64,000 nt of DNA from a virus (Duplodnaviria; Caudoviricetes). The DNA lies in the IMG/VR virus record IMGVR_UViG_3300033121_002356, positions 32,001 through 96,000 of that record; one strand, 5' to 3'. Below are positions 37,164 through 48,189 of the stretch, piece by piece. The first letter of the stretch is position 1, and each line of letters begins with the position of its first letter. The notes below the pieces were generated by a model, which saw only the letters and a list, made by a program, of their open reading frames with translations, was not told where the DNA came from and did not search any database. Both the position numbers and the translations under genes were made by a program.

Positions 37164-37487
37164 CTAGACCCCCTTAGGTTCCTTCACCTCCCACCGCGCA
37201 TTCCCGCTTATTTCATCTACGCGAACTAAAACAGTGCTACCATCGTCCTCCTTATACCCAATACATCTGCTCAATATAGTAGGCTCTTTATCTCCTAAAG
37301 CTTGAGTGGCAGATTTAAATTGAACATATTTATCTCCTGCCTTACCAGATATTTTCCACACCTTTTCATACCACTTCAATCTTAATTCAGAGATAAGACG
37401 TTTATCCAGCTTATTCCAAGGCAGGTCTTCCTCTGTTATGACCTGCCTATCCTTTGTCAGGACAATCCACCCTTTTTTTAAAACCAT
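37164..37487 (-). CDS. Hypothetical protein
   Basis: 107-aa ORF with an AAGGGGG RBS, tightly packed in the operon. Confidence 0.7.
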   Translation of the reverse strand: MVLKKGWIVLTKDRQVITEEDLPWNKLDKRLISELRLKWYEKVWKISGKAGDKYVQFKSATQALGDKEPTILSRCIGYKEDDGSTVLVRVDEISGNARWEVKEPKGV

Positions 37488-37499
37488 AAAACCCCCTTA

Positions 37500-39023
37500 T
37501 TAACTGAAATCGTAGAAAATTCTATATGTAATGGTATTTGCAGAAGTCTCAGAAGCACCAAGTTTAATTCCTAGAAAAATAAAGTCTGAAACCAATCCGG
37601 TATTCCCAACTGCTTCTGAATCATCAGCAGAATTAACCACTGTAAGGTCTTTAACACTTGAATAAAGCTCCTCAGGAGGACCCGCATCAGGTCCTGTTTT
37701 TCTAGTCACCTCTGACAAATTGACAGCAGTAATCCCTGTCTCCCATTGGTGCCCAGCATCATTCGGGTTTCCAGCACCTACCGTCCCAAAGTGTACAAAA
37801 GTATCATTATCCCCGGCCTGATGATGTTGGAATCCACCGTCATTATTCAAACCGAATTTTAGAGAGTCCATTATTACCGCACCGGACATAATCTCAAATT
37901 GCACTACTTTTACAGGACTATCCGTACTAACAGTAACGTTTCCAAAGTTAGCAGTAGTTATACCAGCATCGTCAGATGTAGGAGCTATTGACCTGGCGTA
38001 AACAACCCAATAGTCTCTAGCTTGTATGGTATCAGAAGTCCAAGAAACAGTAAGGCCTTGAGAGCCCAAATCAACTGGAGTAAGACTAGTTAGGGCGGGG
38101 GCGGCGTCGTCGCCCCGCAAACTTCTAACAATAAAGTAAGCGGTTCCTACAGGGCCGCTAGGAGAAGAGCCGTGAGTCTGGCTTATGCCATTAGCAGTAA
38201 ACTGAAATACCGCAGTATCAAAAGCACTATCCGTAAACTTTATCCTGTTTCCGTTTATTCCGTATGCATACCAAGTATCAGGATACAGTAGGTCTATAGG
38301 ACCGCCATTGTCTGTGTTATCGTTATTTGACCAACTCATTTGTGGAACCAAACCAGCGCCGGCCCCCATAGTAACACCGTTAGTGGTATCAATAGTAATT
38401 GTGTATGTTCGAGTCGTATTTGACTTATATGTTCCGCCTATAGTAACAGTACCATCATAATCTCCAGAAGTTTTTGTCACCGACCCATAATTAGAATTCT
38501 TTGAAGCAATAATAGTATAAATATCATCAAATTGTCCATGATATGTACCACTAATTGTTACAACACCGCCGTAACCATTAGTAGCAGTAGTAGTATCAGT
38601 CTTAGAGGTGGCATCAAACCCAAGAACAGTTCTAGCTTCGCCTGCTGTAGGAACAACATCAACCGTAATACCGTTTCCTATAGGAGGTAAATATATCGCA
38701 AAGTGCCCCTCTTCCCATTCACACTTAGCATTTAATGCGTAATCATCATAGGGGGCGCTCCATAAAGAAGAAGAATCTTGTAGTTTTCTTTGTATATCTA
38801 ACGCCACAAATCTAGGGTCCAAATCTGTACCTGAAGCTAAAACAAGAGTATGTTCCTCCCCTTCAATGGATATTCTCAAATTATCAGTACTTCCGGTTAT
38901 AGTAAAGGCGTCAGTACCGGACTGATTTGTAGCTTTAACATATCCTGGGGTGCCCACAAGTGCAGAAGTATAGCCAGTAGTAGCGTTGACACTGTACTCA
39001 TTCCAACGGCTAATAGCAATCAT
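37500..39023 (-). CDS. Thr/Gly-rich virion protein with flagellar hook-associated / sheath-insert-like modules
   Basis: LRISIEG...VALDIQRKLQ...VLGF module; GTY-x-YTI repeats; strong GGAGG RBS suggests high expression. Confidence 0.6.
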   Translation of the reverse strand: MIAISRWNEYSVNATTGYTSALVGTPGYVKATNQSGTDAFTITGSTDNLRISIEGEEHTLVLASGTDLDPRFVALDIQRKLQDSSSLWSAPYDDYALNAKCEWEEGHFAIYLPPIGNGITVDVVPTAGEARTVLGFDATSKTDTTTATNGYGGVVTISGTYHGQFDDIYTIIASKNSNYGSVTKTSGDYDGTVTIGGTYKSNTTRTYTITIDTTNGVTMGAGAGLVPQMSWSNNDNTDNGGPIDLLYPDTWYAYGINGNRIKFTDSAFDTAVFQFTANGISQTHGSSPSGPVGTAYFIVRSLRGDDAAPALTSLTPVDLGSQGLTVSWTSDTIQARDYWVVYARSIAPTSDDAGITTANFGNVTVSTDSPVKVVQFEIMSGAVIMDSLKFGLNNDGGFQHHQAGDNDTFVHFGTVGAGNPNDAGHQWETGITAVNLSEVTRKTGPDAGPPEELYSSVKDLTVVNSADDSEAVGNTGLVSDFIFLGIKLGASETSANTITYRIFYDFS

Positions 39024-39041
39024 CTTATAAATCCCTCCAAA

Positions 39042-40961
39042 CTACTCAGGTTTCATTTGAATCCTGAAGTTAAACTCATAGGGCACCATCTCGTTTCCCT
39101 CAAAATCTGATGCCTCAACTCGCACATTTATTAATTTGTTATAGTAATACATAGGAGCAACTGGTTGAATAGTACCTATTAAATATCTTGAATCTAAGTT
39201 AGACACAATGTAACCGTTTAAATCTTTTGAAAAAGTCTTGTGTGTTTTAAATTTAAAGACTTCTGTTATGCCGCTTGGATTTCTACCTAAATTATCCGAA
39301 GATACAATAGGAATAACCTCTTCATCGAATTCATATTTATTTTCTTTTAACACCTGAATGCTATATCCGGGGGATAACTTGTACGTTTTTTCACGAAATA
39401 CTGAAAAGGACAGGCCCCTGCTATTTACAGCATGTACAGTTACTACTATATTCGGGCTTTGCACAAATAAATCAGGAGGCTGGTATGATAACCGATATCC
39501 ATCCGTAATAGATACGTAGGAAAAAACTACTTCCTCATAATTATAGTAAAGCTTGGTTGCTGATATATCAATCCCATAAATAGGGTCTGTAATGTCAGCC
39601 TTTAAATACGTATTGTTATTAACTCGAATCTTGTCATTAATCTCTTCTATAAAAAAGTTATCAATAAGTATCGTATCGTTATTTACTGTTTCATAAGAAT
39701 ATATGGTATCCAAAATATTAGGAGAAATACTATAGTTATCAGTTCCTGATACAGTTATCGTATATTCCTTGCCCCATTCAAAACACTCATTGGTATAATA
39801 ACTAAATGTATACCCATTACTAATGGGAGTAAATAAAACAAAGGAAGAGTCTACTTGGCAAACACCTTCTAATATTATAGGTTGCCCATCTACGGTTATA
39901 GTTAGACTGTCTAAATTTACCCCTGTATGATTATCCAATATATCAAATGTAATAGGAGAGCAAGGATTCTCAAAAAGTCCACCAGATACCGGTAAGGTAT
40001 TTTCAATATACGGAGGCTCAACATCTGGGTCTGCGGTAATAATTCCGTATAATTGTCCTGTATTCTCTATTCTAAAAGAATAATCAAAATTAGTCGTATT
40101 TGCTAAAGGAGATGCTAAATCTTTACCTTGTACATGCACTAATACCGTTTCACCCTCTTGAAATGGGGAATCCTTAGTATAGGTATACCTTATATTATTA
40201 TAAGGGGGAGTTTCTATTTCATATGAAATGGTACCCAATGTAGCGGTATCAACCCCATTCGTTATTACAGCATCGTCCCCAATAACTATATCAAGTTCGC
40301 CTAATAAAATACCGCCCAAATCGTCGCTCAAAAGAAAAGAAACTTGTGAATCTTTGGGAATTAAAATAGAGCCAGACGCTGGAGATAAATCTAAAACATT
40401 AAAAGGCTCTAAATCTAATTGGCTAATAGTAACTGTGGCTGTTTTTTTAATAGCCTTACTAGAGTCAGGGTCTTCATCCCACTTAGATATTATACAAGTA
40501 GAAGAAGCACTACTATTTATATCCCCTAAAGAATATTTATCAACAAGCACATTTGTGGGAAGTTTTAAAAAATTGGCATAACTTTGTATTTTTATTGCTC
40601 TCTCTACATTATATTCAAAATAATCTGAATCTATATTTCTTCCTCTACGAACGTAGCCACTTCTTGTTTTAAATTCTTTAAGTAGAAATTCAAAAAAATT
40701 AGAATACGAAAGTGACTTTAATTCAAAAGAGCTCAAACTAAATGAATCTATCTTTAAAAAAGAGCTTCTACCTTCAAATGGTAATAAAAAATAGTCTACA
40801 CTAACGGAACTGGGTACTCCTTTAAATTTAACACTATAAACAAGCCCTGTATACGAAGATACGAAATAATCCCTAGATACAGGTACATAGGCCGAAGTAA
40901 TACACTCTCTAGCTAGTCCCCCTAATTGAAAAACTCTTATGGTTCTTGTACTATCCCCCAT
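39042..40961 (-). CDS. Virion protein with repeated Big_5/SbsA-like Ig domains
   Basis: DLEPFNVLDLSPASG...FLLSD..GG; DVEPPYIENTLP...FDILDNHTGVNLDSL; ITDPIYGID; also DLNGYI and LIGTI units like those of the 12-aa repeat protein. Confidence 0.65.
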   Translation of the reverse strand: MGDSTRTIRVFQLGGLARECITSAYVPVSRDYFVSSYTGLVYSVKFKGVPSSVSVDYFLLPFEGRSSFLKIDSFSLSSFELKSLSYSNFFEFLLKEFKTRSGYVRRGRNIDSDYFEYNVERAIKIQSYANFLKLPTNVLVDKYSLGDINSSASSTCIISKWDEDPDSSKAIKKTATVTISQLDLEPFNVLDLSPASGSILIPKDSQVSFLLSDDLGGILLGELDIVIGDDAVITNGVDTATLGTISYEIETPPYNNIRYTYTKDSPFQEGETVLVHVQGKDLASPLANTTNFDYSFRIENTGQLYGIITADPDVEPPYIENTLPVSGGLFENPCSPITFDILDNHTGVNLDSLTITVDGQPIILEGVCQVDSSFVLFTPISNGYTFSYYTNECFEWGKEYTITVSGTDNYSISPNILDTIYSYETVNNDTILIDNFFIEEINDKIRVNNNTYLKADITDPIYGIDISATKLYYNYEEVVFSYVSITDGYRLSYQPPDLFVQSPNIVVTVHAVNSRGLSFSVFREKTYKLSPGYSIQVLKENKYEFDEEVIPIVSSDNLGRNPSGITEVFKFKTHKTFSKDLNGYIVSNLDSRYLIGTIQPVAPMYYYNKLINVRVEASDFEGNEMVPYEFNFRIQMKPE

Positions 40962-40967
40962 ATCATA

Positions 40968-43391
40968 TTATTCGCTCACTGTTGCAGTAATTGTACTTGG
41001 AGAGACGCTGCTGCCGACCGTAAATACCGGATAAGCAGGCGAGCCCCCACCAACAGGCTGATTAGCAACCCCATCTGAATCTGTCAATCTTGTCGCGGGG
41101 GCTATAGAGCCGTCCCCATCAGTAACAGAAAAGCTTATAGTCTTACCAGACAAAGGTACACCCCAGGCATTGCACACGCTGGCAATTACATTAGTACCAG
41201 TACCTGTCCCGGCCGCTAATGTGGGGTCCTCGGCGTTAACGTTAATAAACGCTACCAATCTATCATCTGCGTTATATTGGTACAAACTACCGTCAGTCCC
41301 TATTAAATAGATAGTATTAAAATCATTTTGATTTATAAATATTGGTAAAGATTTTGTTAAAGTAAACGCAGATAACTCTGTTTCGTCCAACAATAATTCT
41401 CTTTCATTTTGTGATGAAAGCAACCCAGAGGTAGTAACGGTCCTTATAGACAATTGAGATAAATCTGAATCGTAATATGTGTATAAAATAGCCCTCTCAG
41501 AAGCAACCAATGATTCCCCAGAAGAAATATCTATATTAAAGGCCCCCGTAGACATGTTGTACACGTCTCGTACTGGAATCTCTCCTGTTGTATCTAATAT
41601 ACCGGTTTCTCCATCTGAAGAAATTAGAGTATCATCAAAATTAAATCTCATAAGCTTGTCTTCAATTTTAACGAAAACATAATCATTATCAGTACAAATA
41701 CCAACAACGCCGCCTATAAAGTCATTATATGTTTTTACTTCATTATTATCATTAAATCCAAGCCCATTAATAACATCCAAAACAGTAACCACATCATTTG
41801 TAATCTCTCCCAATGAATTCATTCTGTGGATAGAAAATGAAGGGAAATTTGCGTAGTACCCGGCTCCTGAAGTAACTACAAAGTAGTCTGAAGAAACATT
41901 TATCGGCGCAGTAGCAGCACCATATATCTGTACCTTAACATCATCTGTAGTAATAGTAGTACCGGGATTAATGTGCTCAGTTGCTAAGGTGCTTATACTT
42001 CTTCTAAGGTTAACAGTACCAGCGGCATCAATTCGCTCAAGTTCATACAAATGAGTATCAAAAGTAATCGTCTGTCCAACAGATGCCCCACTACTAGACT
42101 CATCAATCAAAAATTTTAATTTTGAATTTGTAAAATTTGTACCAGCAGTAGCAGTTCCTAAGCTACCATCAACCCCACCAACAACGGTCCAACTTCCGCT
42201 ACCATTAGAGGTTAAAGTCCATGACTGGACCCCAGATGCTACTGCATATTGTGGCTCTAAGTTCTTAAGCTCGGTGTTATCCGCATTATTCTGTATAGAA
42301 CTAGCGTACAAAGTATAATACACCGCATCAGTGCTTGTAATATGTGTACTAACCCCCTCAGCAGCAATGACATTATTGTTAACATCTACCGCTCTTAACT
42401 CAAATCTACCTGTACCAGAAGCAGGTATATCCCCTAAATCGGCCCACTCTAATTCTACTATAAAATCACCAGTCAATGTAAAATTACTAGTAAGCATCCC
42501 CTCGCCAGAACTAACGTTAAACAATAATAAGTCGTCCACAGTTCGAATAAAATTCGGACGCGATTCACTTTCTTCCCATCTAGATGTATTAAAACTAGTA
42601 GTGCCAGATATTGTAGTCCAATCATCGTTAAAAGAAAGAACACTCTCTGTTAACCCACCAGCATCATTATACTTCAAAATATAGAATACATCATTTCCCT
42701 CGCTATAACATACATCCAAAGTACCTTCCGGGAGCGCTCTAGTAATTCCTTCAGACCCATCTGTTTCACCGGGGTCAGCACTACCTAAAAACCAAAATTT
42801 CATTCTAGGGGAAAGTATAGACGGCAATAAAACCACCTCAGTAATCATTTCAGCTGAGGATATTACAGTAGTATCTATCTTAGATATTCTGATATAATTA
42901 AACTCTTTACTTGTAGTAACGGGAGGGTTAGCCCCATTATTAAAAGTAGCTACATATTTATAAACATTAGAGGTGTTAATATATGTGACCGCGTACGTAG
43001 CTGACACGGCGGTATAAGTTACATTATCATAGCTAATCTCTATCTTTATATTGCTAGTACTCCAGTTTCCTTTTGTATAAAAATGAATAACAGATGTAGA
43101 TACAGGAAAAGGAGTATTTGTATACCCCACCACAACTTTTTTAGTACTTGATGGCCAACTCACCCCAACAAACCCTAATTCACTATCTATTAAATGTGGC
43201 AGATTACCACTAGAACTATCCGTTACATATCTAGCATAATTAATACGAGGATTCGTATAATTACAGTATACAATCTGGTTGCTATTATGTAGCATTTTAT
43301 CAATACCAAATTGACCCCCAGCCACCCAGTTAACTAGGTCTATACCAACATCTGTTCTTTGCATTTTACCCTGTTCAACAATGGTCGGCAT
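40968..43391 (-). CDS. Virion protein: discoidin-like, propeller and C-terminal Big_1 (invasin-like) Ig domains
   Basis: IKIEISYDNVTYT...YIRI...ITEV; VIASVCNAWGVPLSGKTISFSV...TDSDGVA. Confidence 0.65.
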   Translation of the reverse strand: MPTIVEQGKMQRTDVGIDLVNWVAGGQFGIDKMLHNSNQIVYCNYTNPRINYARYVTDSSSGNLPHLIDSELGFVGVSWPSSTKKVVVGYTNTPFPVSTSVIHFYTKGNWSTSNIKIEISYDNVTYTAVSATYAVTYINTSNVYKYVATFNNGANPPVTTSKEFNYIRISKIDTTVISSAEMITEVVLLPSILSPRMKFWFLGSADPGETDGSEGITRALPEGTLDVCYSEGNDVFYILKYNDAGGLTESVLSFNDDWTTISGTTSFNTSRWEESESRPNFIRTVDDLLLFNVSSGEGMLTSNFTLTGDFIVELEWADLGDIPASGTGRFELRAVDVNNNVIAAEGVSTHITSTDAVYYTLYASSIQNNADNTELKNLEPQYAVASGVQSWTLTSNGSGSWTVVGGVDGSLGTATAGTNFTNSKLKFLIDESSSGASVGQTITFDTHLYELERIDAAGTVNLRRSISTLATEHINPGTTITTDDVKVQIYGAATAPINVSSDYFVVTSGAGYYANFPSFSIHRMNSLGEITNDVVTVLDVINGLGFNDNNEVKTYNDFIGGVVGICTDNDYVFVKIEDKLMRFNFDDTLISSDGETGILDTTGEIPVRDVYNMSTGAFNIDISSGESLVASERAILYTYYDSDLSQLSIRTVTTSGLLSSQNERELLLDETELSAFTLTKSLPIFINQNDFNTIYLIGTDGSLYQYNADDRLVAFINVNAEDPTLAAGTGTGTNVIASVCNAWGVPLSGKTISFSVTDGDGSIAPATRLTDSDGVANQPVGGGSPAYPVFTVGSSVSPSTITATVSE

Positions 43392-46060
43392 TATTCAATC
43401 CTCTTAACCAGTTTGTTTACTGCGAATCTTCTATCAACACCATTAATATTTACTCTTACGGTTTCCAATCTAATCCCATCTCCTGTGCTATAAAGTTCAA
43501 ATACTATGTTCTGGTTTCTTGATGCAAATGGAAAGCAATTATAAGGAGACACCATAATTATTTCAGGCGGGCTACTTGGTTTAGTCATAAATAAATAATT
43601 ATGTATAGATTTATTTCCCATATTATCTTCCACGGAAAGATAAATAGACATATCTTGCATATTTTTAAAAGGAATAGCGGGGGTAAACGATACATGGTAT
43701 ACCTCCGACTCATTATCAACTACAGGAGAAACCTTTATATTATTAATATAAAGCTCTAATGTATCAATATCTGTACCAGACCCCTCATCATAAATATCAA
43801 AACTTATTTCAGCATCTAGAGGCACATCAACCTCATTCTTATCCGGATAAAAGTTATAAACTACTGGGGCCTTATAATCCTCAATAATATCAAAATAATA
43901 TGGAATCTCTATAAAATTTGGAATAGCTGCTTGGTCGAAAAAAGATATTGCAACAAAAACTCTACTTCCAAATTCAAATAACCCGGGGGGATTGTACAGT
44001 ATTTCTAAGTACTGATTGGCTACATAATTAATTATACAATCACCAGTAACTACTTGTTCATTTACAGTAAGCTTAACCGTTTGAATATTTATATTAGTAC
44101 CAGGAATATCTTTTATTTTAGCATAAATATTTGTATTTCTTGGTACCTTTATCGCTAAAGGCTCCGGTACAAAAGAAATTGAAAAATCATACTGCAATAC
44201 AGTGGTTTCAGTATCAATATCCCCAAACATTCTTACTAATGCTTTATCTGTTTTTGTTTCACCAAGTTGGTTAATTAGCACCAGCCCTTCAACCGTAGAA
44301 GTATACAAAATAAGACATTCAGCTGTTATATCCTCAAAAGATTGAGAAAGTATTTTTGGGGCAGCTCTAACTATCGGGTGAAACTCAGGAGCAGTGCCTC
44401 CTCCCCCAACTATCTCGTTATAATCTTCCCCCCAGAAGGCCCAGTCTATATCCCGATTCCCATTATGCATATCTCTATAATCATTCTCGGGTGTACCATT
44501 ATTATAGGTAGCTTGTACAGAAGGAAACCCAAAATTCTTGTATAAAACTATATTAGACTGGCCGTTTATACTTCCTATTTGTCTAAATAAAGCTCTATCG
44601 GCAAGCCCAGAAAGTTGTTTTACTAAAACTCTATCCGAAGAAGATAAATACTGATATACGTAACTAAACCCCACAGTATTATTTGATACAGCGGTTACAT
44701 TAAACTTAACTATATCTTGAGCGGGCCCCGCTTTATATTTAAATCGTACAAATCCATCATCATTTGTTTCTTTTTGTGTGGAGTTTGCTTGGTCCTGCGG
44801 GTCAGAACTACTAAAAGTTAAAAACACTCCCTCACCGCCTGCTAATGCTACAGCGTCTATATTCACAATTTCTCCGGCAAGAGGAAATCCATACTGGTCA
44901 ACTACATGTACGTCAATAAAAGTAGTATCATACTCATTCGCTATAATGGCCTGAAGATGTGGTCTAACAGAAATAGAAGCTACATTTTGTGGAACATTCG
45001 TCTTTATATAATTATAACTTCCATAATTATGAATAAGCATATTATCAAAATCAGCTACCTGATTTTGAAGTCTATATATAAAAGAATCAGAAATGCTTAA
45101 ATCATATATTGGTAATGCTGGATTTTTGTTCGTATCTACATTATCTAAAATAACTGAATCAGTATAAGTCAAAGAATCTGGATGCAAGTATAATAATTGG
45201 TTCCCTTTAGTAAATAAAATTCTATTCAATTCTGGGGAAAATACTGCACCAGTTACATCTTTATAGATAATACCAGTAAATACAGAACTAATAGCACCAT
45301 CAATGGCACGAATTTTAAAAAGGCATCCTTGCCCGTCATCAACTCGATAGTTATAATCATTGAATAAATAAATATAGGTATGATAAATAATGTTGGTACC
45401 AGAGTTATAATCGTATGTAACAGGGTAACGAAGATTTATCCTATACCCGTTCTTATCTGAATCGAATGCGCCTATAGAAACGATTTCATTTTCCTCAACT
45501 TTTCCATAATTATATGAGGACTCACTCGGTCCTATCACTATTCTAGAATTTGGCACTAATCTCACTATATCGGGGAAATAAATAGAGGACGAACCTGGTT
45601 CTATTGGAAAAGAGGTTACAGAGCGGTGATACTCCACTGCTATAGAGGACGATTTATAATTTTGTCCACTTCTTGATACATATCTAAACACATCCGGCCT
45701 AATGTCTCCAGTAGGAGTTTTTGTAGTACTAAATCTTAAAATGGCATCCTTTAAATTAAACCGACGAATAGTAAGAGCAGTGGTAATGTTCTGCGAATCC
45801 ACCTCAGATTCTAATGTCCATAGGCTAGCGTTCCCTTGAACTATTCCCGCCTCAAACGCGCCCCCTGTAAACTTTAATGAAGTAACTTCTCTAGTAAGGT
45901 CATTTATAAGGTCATTACTTATAATAGGAAAAGTAGTTACAATAGAACCTGTAGAGTTTTTTCTAATTAATCTAGAAGTTTGATGGTCTATATTATAAAA
46001 GTCACTTCCATCAAAAGCAAAGTTAGGGTAACCAAACTGCACATTTGGGCTTGGAATCAT
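43391..46060 (-). CDS. Virion protein: propeller, Big_1 Ig, 12-aa Gln repeats and three Big_5-like Ig domains
   Basis: NFAFDGSDFY...LWTLE; DVHVVDQYGFPLAG...TNDDG; DYKAPVVYNFYP...FDIYDEGSGTDIDTL. Confidence 0.65.
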   Translation of the reverse strand: MIPSPNVQFGYPNFAFDGSDFYNIDHQTSRLIRKNSTGSIVTTFPIISNDLINDLTREVTSLKFTGGAFEAGIVQGNASLWTLESEVDSQNITTALTIRRFNLKDAILRFSTTKTPTGDIRPDVFRYVSRSGQNYKSSSIAVEYHRSVTSFPIEPGSSSIYFPDIVRLVPNSRIVIGPSESSYNYGKVEENEIVSIGAFDSDKNGYRINLRYPVTYDYNSGTNIIYHTYIYLFNDYNYRVDDGQGCLFKIRAIDGAISSVFTGIIYKDVTGAVFSPELNRILFTKGNQLLYLHPDSLTYTDSVILDNVDTNKNPALPIYDLSISDSFIYRLQNQVADFDNMLIHNYGSYNYIKTNVPQNVASISVRPHLQAIIANEYDTTFIDVHVVDQYGFPLAGEIVNIDAVALAGGEGVFLTFSSSDPQDQANSTQKETNDDGFVRFKYKAGPAQDIVKFNVTAVSNNTVGFSYVYQYLSSSDRVLVKQLSGLADRALFRQIGSINGQSNIVLYKNFGFPSVQATYNNGTPENDYRDMHNGNRDIDWAFWGEDYNEIVGGGGTAPEFHPIVRAAPKILSQSFEDITAECLILYTSTVEGLVLINQLGETKTDKALVRMFGDIDTETTVLQYDFSISFVPEPLAIKVPRNTNIYAKIKDIPGTNINIQTVKLTVNEQVVTGDCIINYVANQYLEILYNPPGLFEFGSRVFVAISFFDQAAIPNFIEIPYYFDIIEDYKAPVVYNFYPDKNEVDVPLDAEISFDIYDEGSGTDIDTLELYINNIKVSPVVDNESEVYHVSFTPAIPFKNMQDMSIYLSVEDNMGNKSIHNYLFMTKPSSPPEIIMVSPYNCFPFASRNQNIVFELYSTGDGIRLETVRVNINGVDRRFAVNKLVKRIE

Positions 46061-47628
46061 TAACTTACTATTTGTTTAACGGATGCAGCTATAGTTACGT
46101 CAGTATTATTATTTCCAGCCTGATAAATTATAGAGGCTTGCCCGTTAACGTCTGTTTGTAATACATCCGTAATAGTCCCGTTATATGTAAGTGGACCTCC
46201 TCCTCCTTCTGGATAGTAAATAAAAAATCCACCTTGCCCTGATACACCCCCTGTAGCATCATTCTCAGTTAGATTCACAAATACCCCCGATACCGGTTGA
46301 TTAAACTGGTCTCGTACTGTTATTGTTATCGTTGTTGTATCTATATTGTCCGCAGCTATTATTTGTGGAACCGGGCGTAAGCTAATAGACTTCACTAAAG
46401 GAAATAAAGGAGTTACAACATAATTACAAGTTGTAAAGTTTTCTAATGCACCATTAAAAACCTGTTGAGTCTGAAGTCTAAATAAGGAGCCAGAATAAGA
46501 AACACAAGCATCATAAATGGGTATTACTGTTATTGAATCCACACTAATATTATCAAGGGTCATCGTTTTAACGATTCTTAAATCCTCTTGATTAGGTTCT
46601 AAAAACGAAGCATTTGATTGTTTAGTAAATATTACTTTTCTATCTCTTTGAGAGAAAACAGCACTTGATACGCTACCATACTCAACCCCTTCTACACTCT
46701 TTACTATACCGCCTAAATCATTTAATAAATATAATGTACCATTATTATAACTACTAAATAGAAATATATTCTTATAGAAGCGTACAGGGGTACCTTCGGG
46801 GTAGCTTCGACTCAAAGGGGTAGCAATTTTAACATCAACGTACCGTAATGGATTACCAGCATATGTAGCTACATAATGTTGGGGAACATCACTAACAGTT
46901 GCCGTTTCAAAGTACCCGTCGTCGTCGGGACCAATGATAATCTTAACAGATGTATCTATTATCTCTGTATCATCGTCATATTTAAACTGCTGTAAAAGCG
47001 TTTGCTGTGACTTACTCATGCCAATGTCTGGGTCGGTCTTTAAGGGGGCCGAATCAGCATATCCGTTTTCTCCTTTGAACTGCTTCGTGCCATGAAGATT
47101 GTCCGTTAAATCATCATACATTCTTATGTATGTATTTCCTGAATTATTGGCATTATTAGCCGAACCACCTGTTTGTGGCATGAAAGAATCTTTATCTAAT
47201 AGCTTTGTTTCATAACATTCAATAGCCATACTCTCTATGCTAGACCAATTTATAGAATTATTATTCGTTTTAGTTATAGTCAAAGGAGTCACAGCTACAA
47301 CAGCAGTATTAACACCAGAAGATTTACATATATAGTTATCAACTACTAACCTTCTTATTACAATACCGGTATTACCAGCCTGCCCTTCTAATGTCCAAAA
47401 ACAAGCTCCATTTATAGAATTCTGTCGGTCGAGCCCCTCATAATGAATAGACTTTACTTCCTGGGTCATAACAGCAGCAACAGGAAAAGTAAAGGCCACA
47501 TTACCATCATCGGTTTTTTGAACGATAGAATTTGTGGTATTATTATAGTAATAAAAATAGATACCATCAAATGTAAAATTCTTATCTGATGCATCTATCT
47601 TTAAATTTTTATGGTCAGTAGTTGGCAT
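46060..47628 (-). CDS. Virion protein: propeller plus C-terminal Big_1 Ig domain (paralog of 43391..46060)
   Basis: NFTFDGIYFY...FWTLE...IIIGP; TITVRDQFNQPVSG...TDVNGQA. Confidence 0.65.
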   Translation of the reverse strand: MPTTDHKNLKIDASDKNFTFDGIYFYYYNNTTNSIVQKTDDGNVAFTFPVAAVMTQEVKSIHYEGLDRQNSINGACFWTLEGQAGNTGIVIRRLVVDNYICKSSGVNTAVVAVTPLTITKTNNNSINWSSIESMAIECYETKLLDKDSFMPQTGGSANNANNSGNTYIRMYDDLTDNLHGTKQFKGENGYADSAPLKTDPDIGMSKSQQTLLQQFKYDDDTEIIDTSVKIIIGPDDDGYFETATVSDVPQHYVATYAGNPLRYVDVKIATPLSRSYPEGTPVRFYKNIFLFSSYNNGTLYLLNDLGGIVKSVEGVEYGSVSSAVFSQRDRKVIFTKQSNASFLEPNQEDLRIVKTMTLDNISVDSITVIPIYDACVSYSGSLFRLQTQQVFNGALENFTTCNYVVTPLFPLVKSISLRPVPQIIAADNIDTTTITITVRDQFNQPVSGVFVNLTENDATGGVSGQGGFFIYYPEGGGGPLTYNGTITDVLQTDVNGQASIIYQAGNNNTDVTIAASVKQIVS

Positions 47629-47630
47629 GC

Positions 47631-48188
47631 TTATTCCTCTTCTATCTGCTCTAATACATAGGGTACTTTATATGAAATTTCATATCTAAAAGGATTGCCG
47701 ACTATAGAAGTAGGAACCACCTCGATTCCATCAACAAAAAGTTTTATAGTATCAACATCAATTCCTTTGGCCGGTAAAAAATCCTCAATCGTTACGAAAA
47801 TACGTTGATGTATATTAACGTTCTCCTCATTAGAAGCAGGAACAGTAGAAGTCACTAGTGGAGGATAAATATCCTCCATCATTTCGTAAGTACCACCTTC
47901 GCTCCAATCTATGCGAGAAGCAATCTCATTTACAGCTGAAACAATTAAGGCATCTACTGTAGTTTCCTCATTCGAAACTACGTCTTTCCAAATACTAGGA
48001 ACAGGATTCCCCTCTGTATCAACTGCATCTGCAACTGCGATATGTAGTTCCCAAAATAAATCATCAGACCCTTTTTTACTAAACTTAGTCCCTGTCTCCC
48101 CATACGGTTTTATAACTTTATCTATAGAAACTGTAAACTTTTTTGGGTTAGCTGGGTATAAGGAATTTGTAACTAAAAACGTCGCCAT
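47631..48188 (-). CDS. Virion protein with a C-terminal Big_5-like Ig domain
   Basis: DIYPPLVTSTVPASNEENV...IEDFLPAKGIDVDTIKLFVDG; N-domain is paralogous to 48190..49104. Confidence 0.6.
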   Translation of the reverse strand: MATFLVTNSLYPANPKKFTVSIDKVIKPYGETGTKFSKKGSDDLFWELHIAVADAVDTEGNPVPSIWKDVVSNEETTVDALIVSAVNEIASRIDWSEGGTYEMMEDIYPPLVTSTVPASNEENVNIHQRIFVTIEDFLPAKGIDVDTIKLFVDGIEVVPTSIVGNPFRYEISYKVPYVLEQIEEE

Positions 48189-48189
48189 A

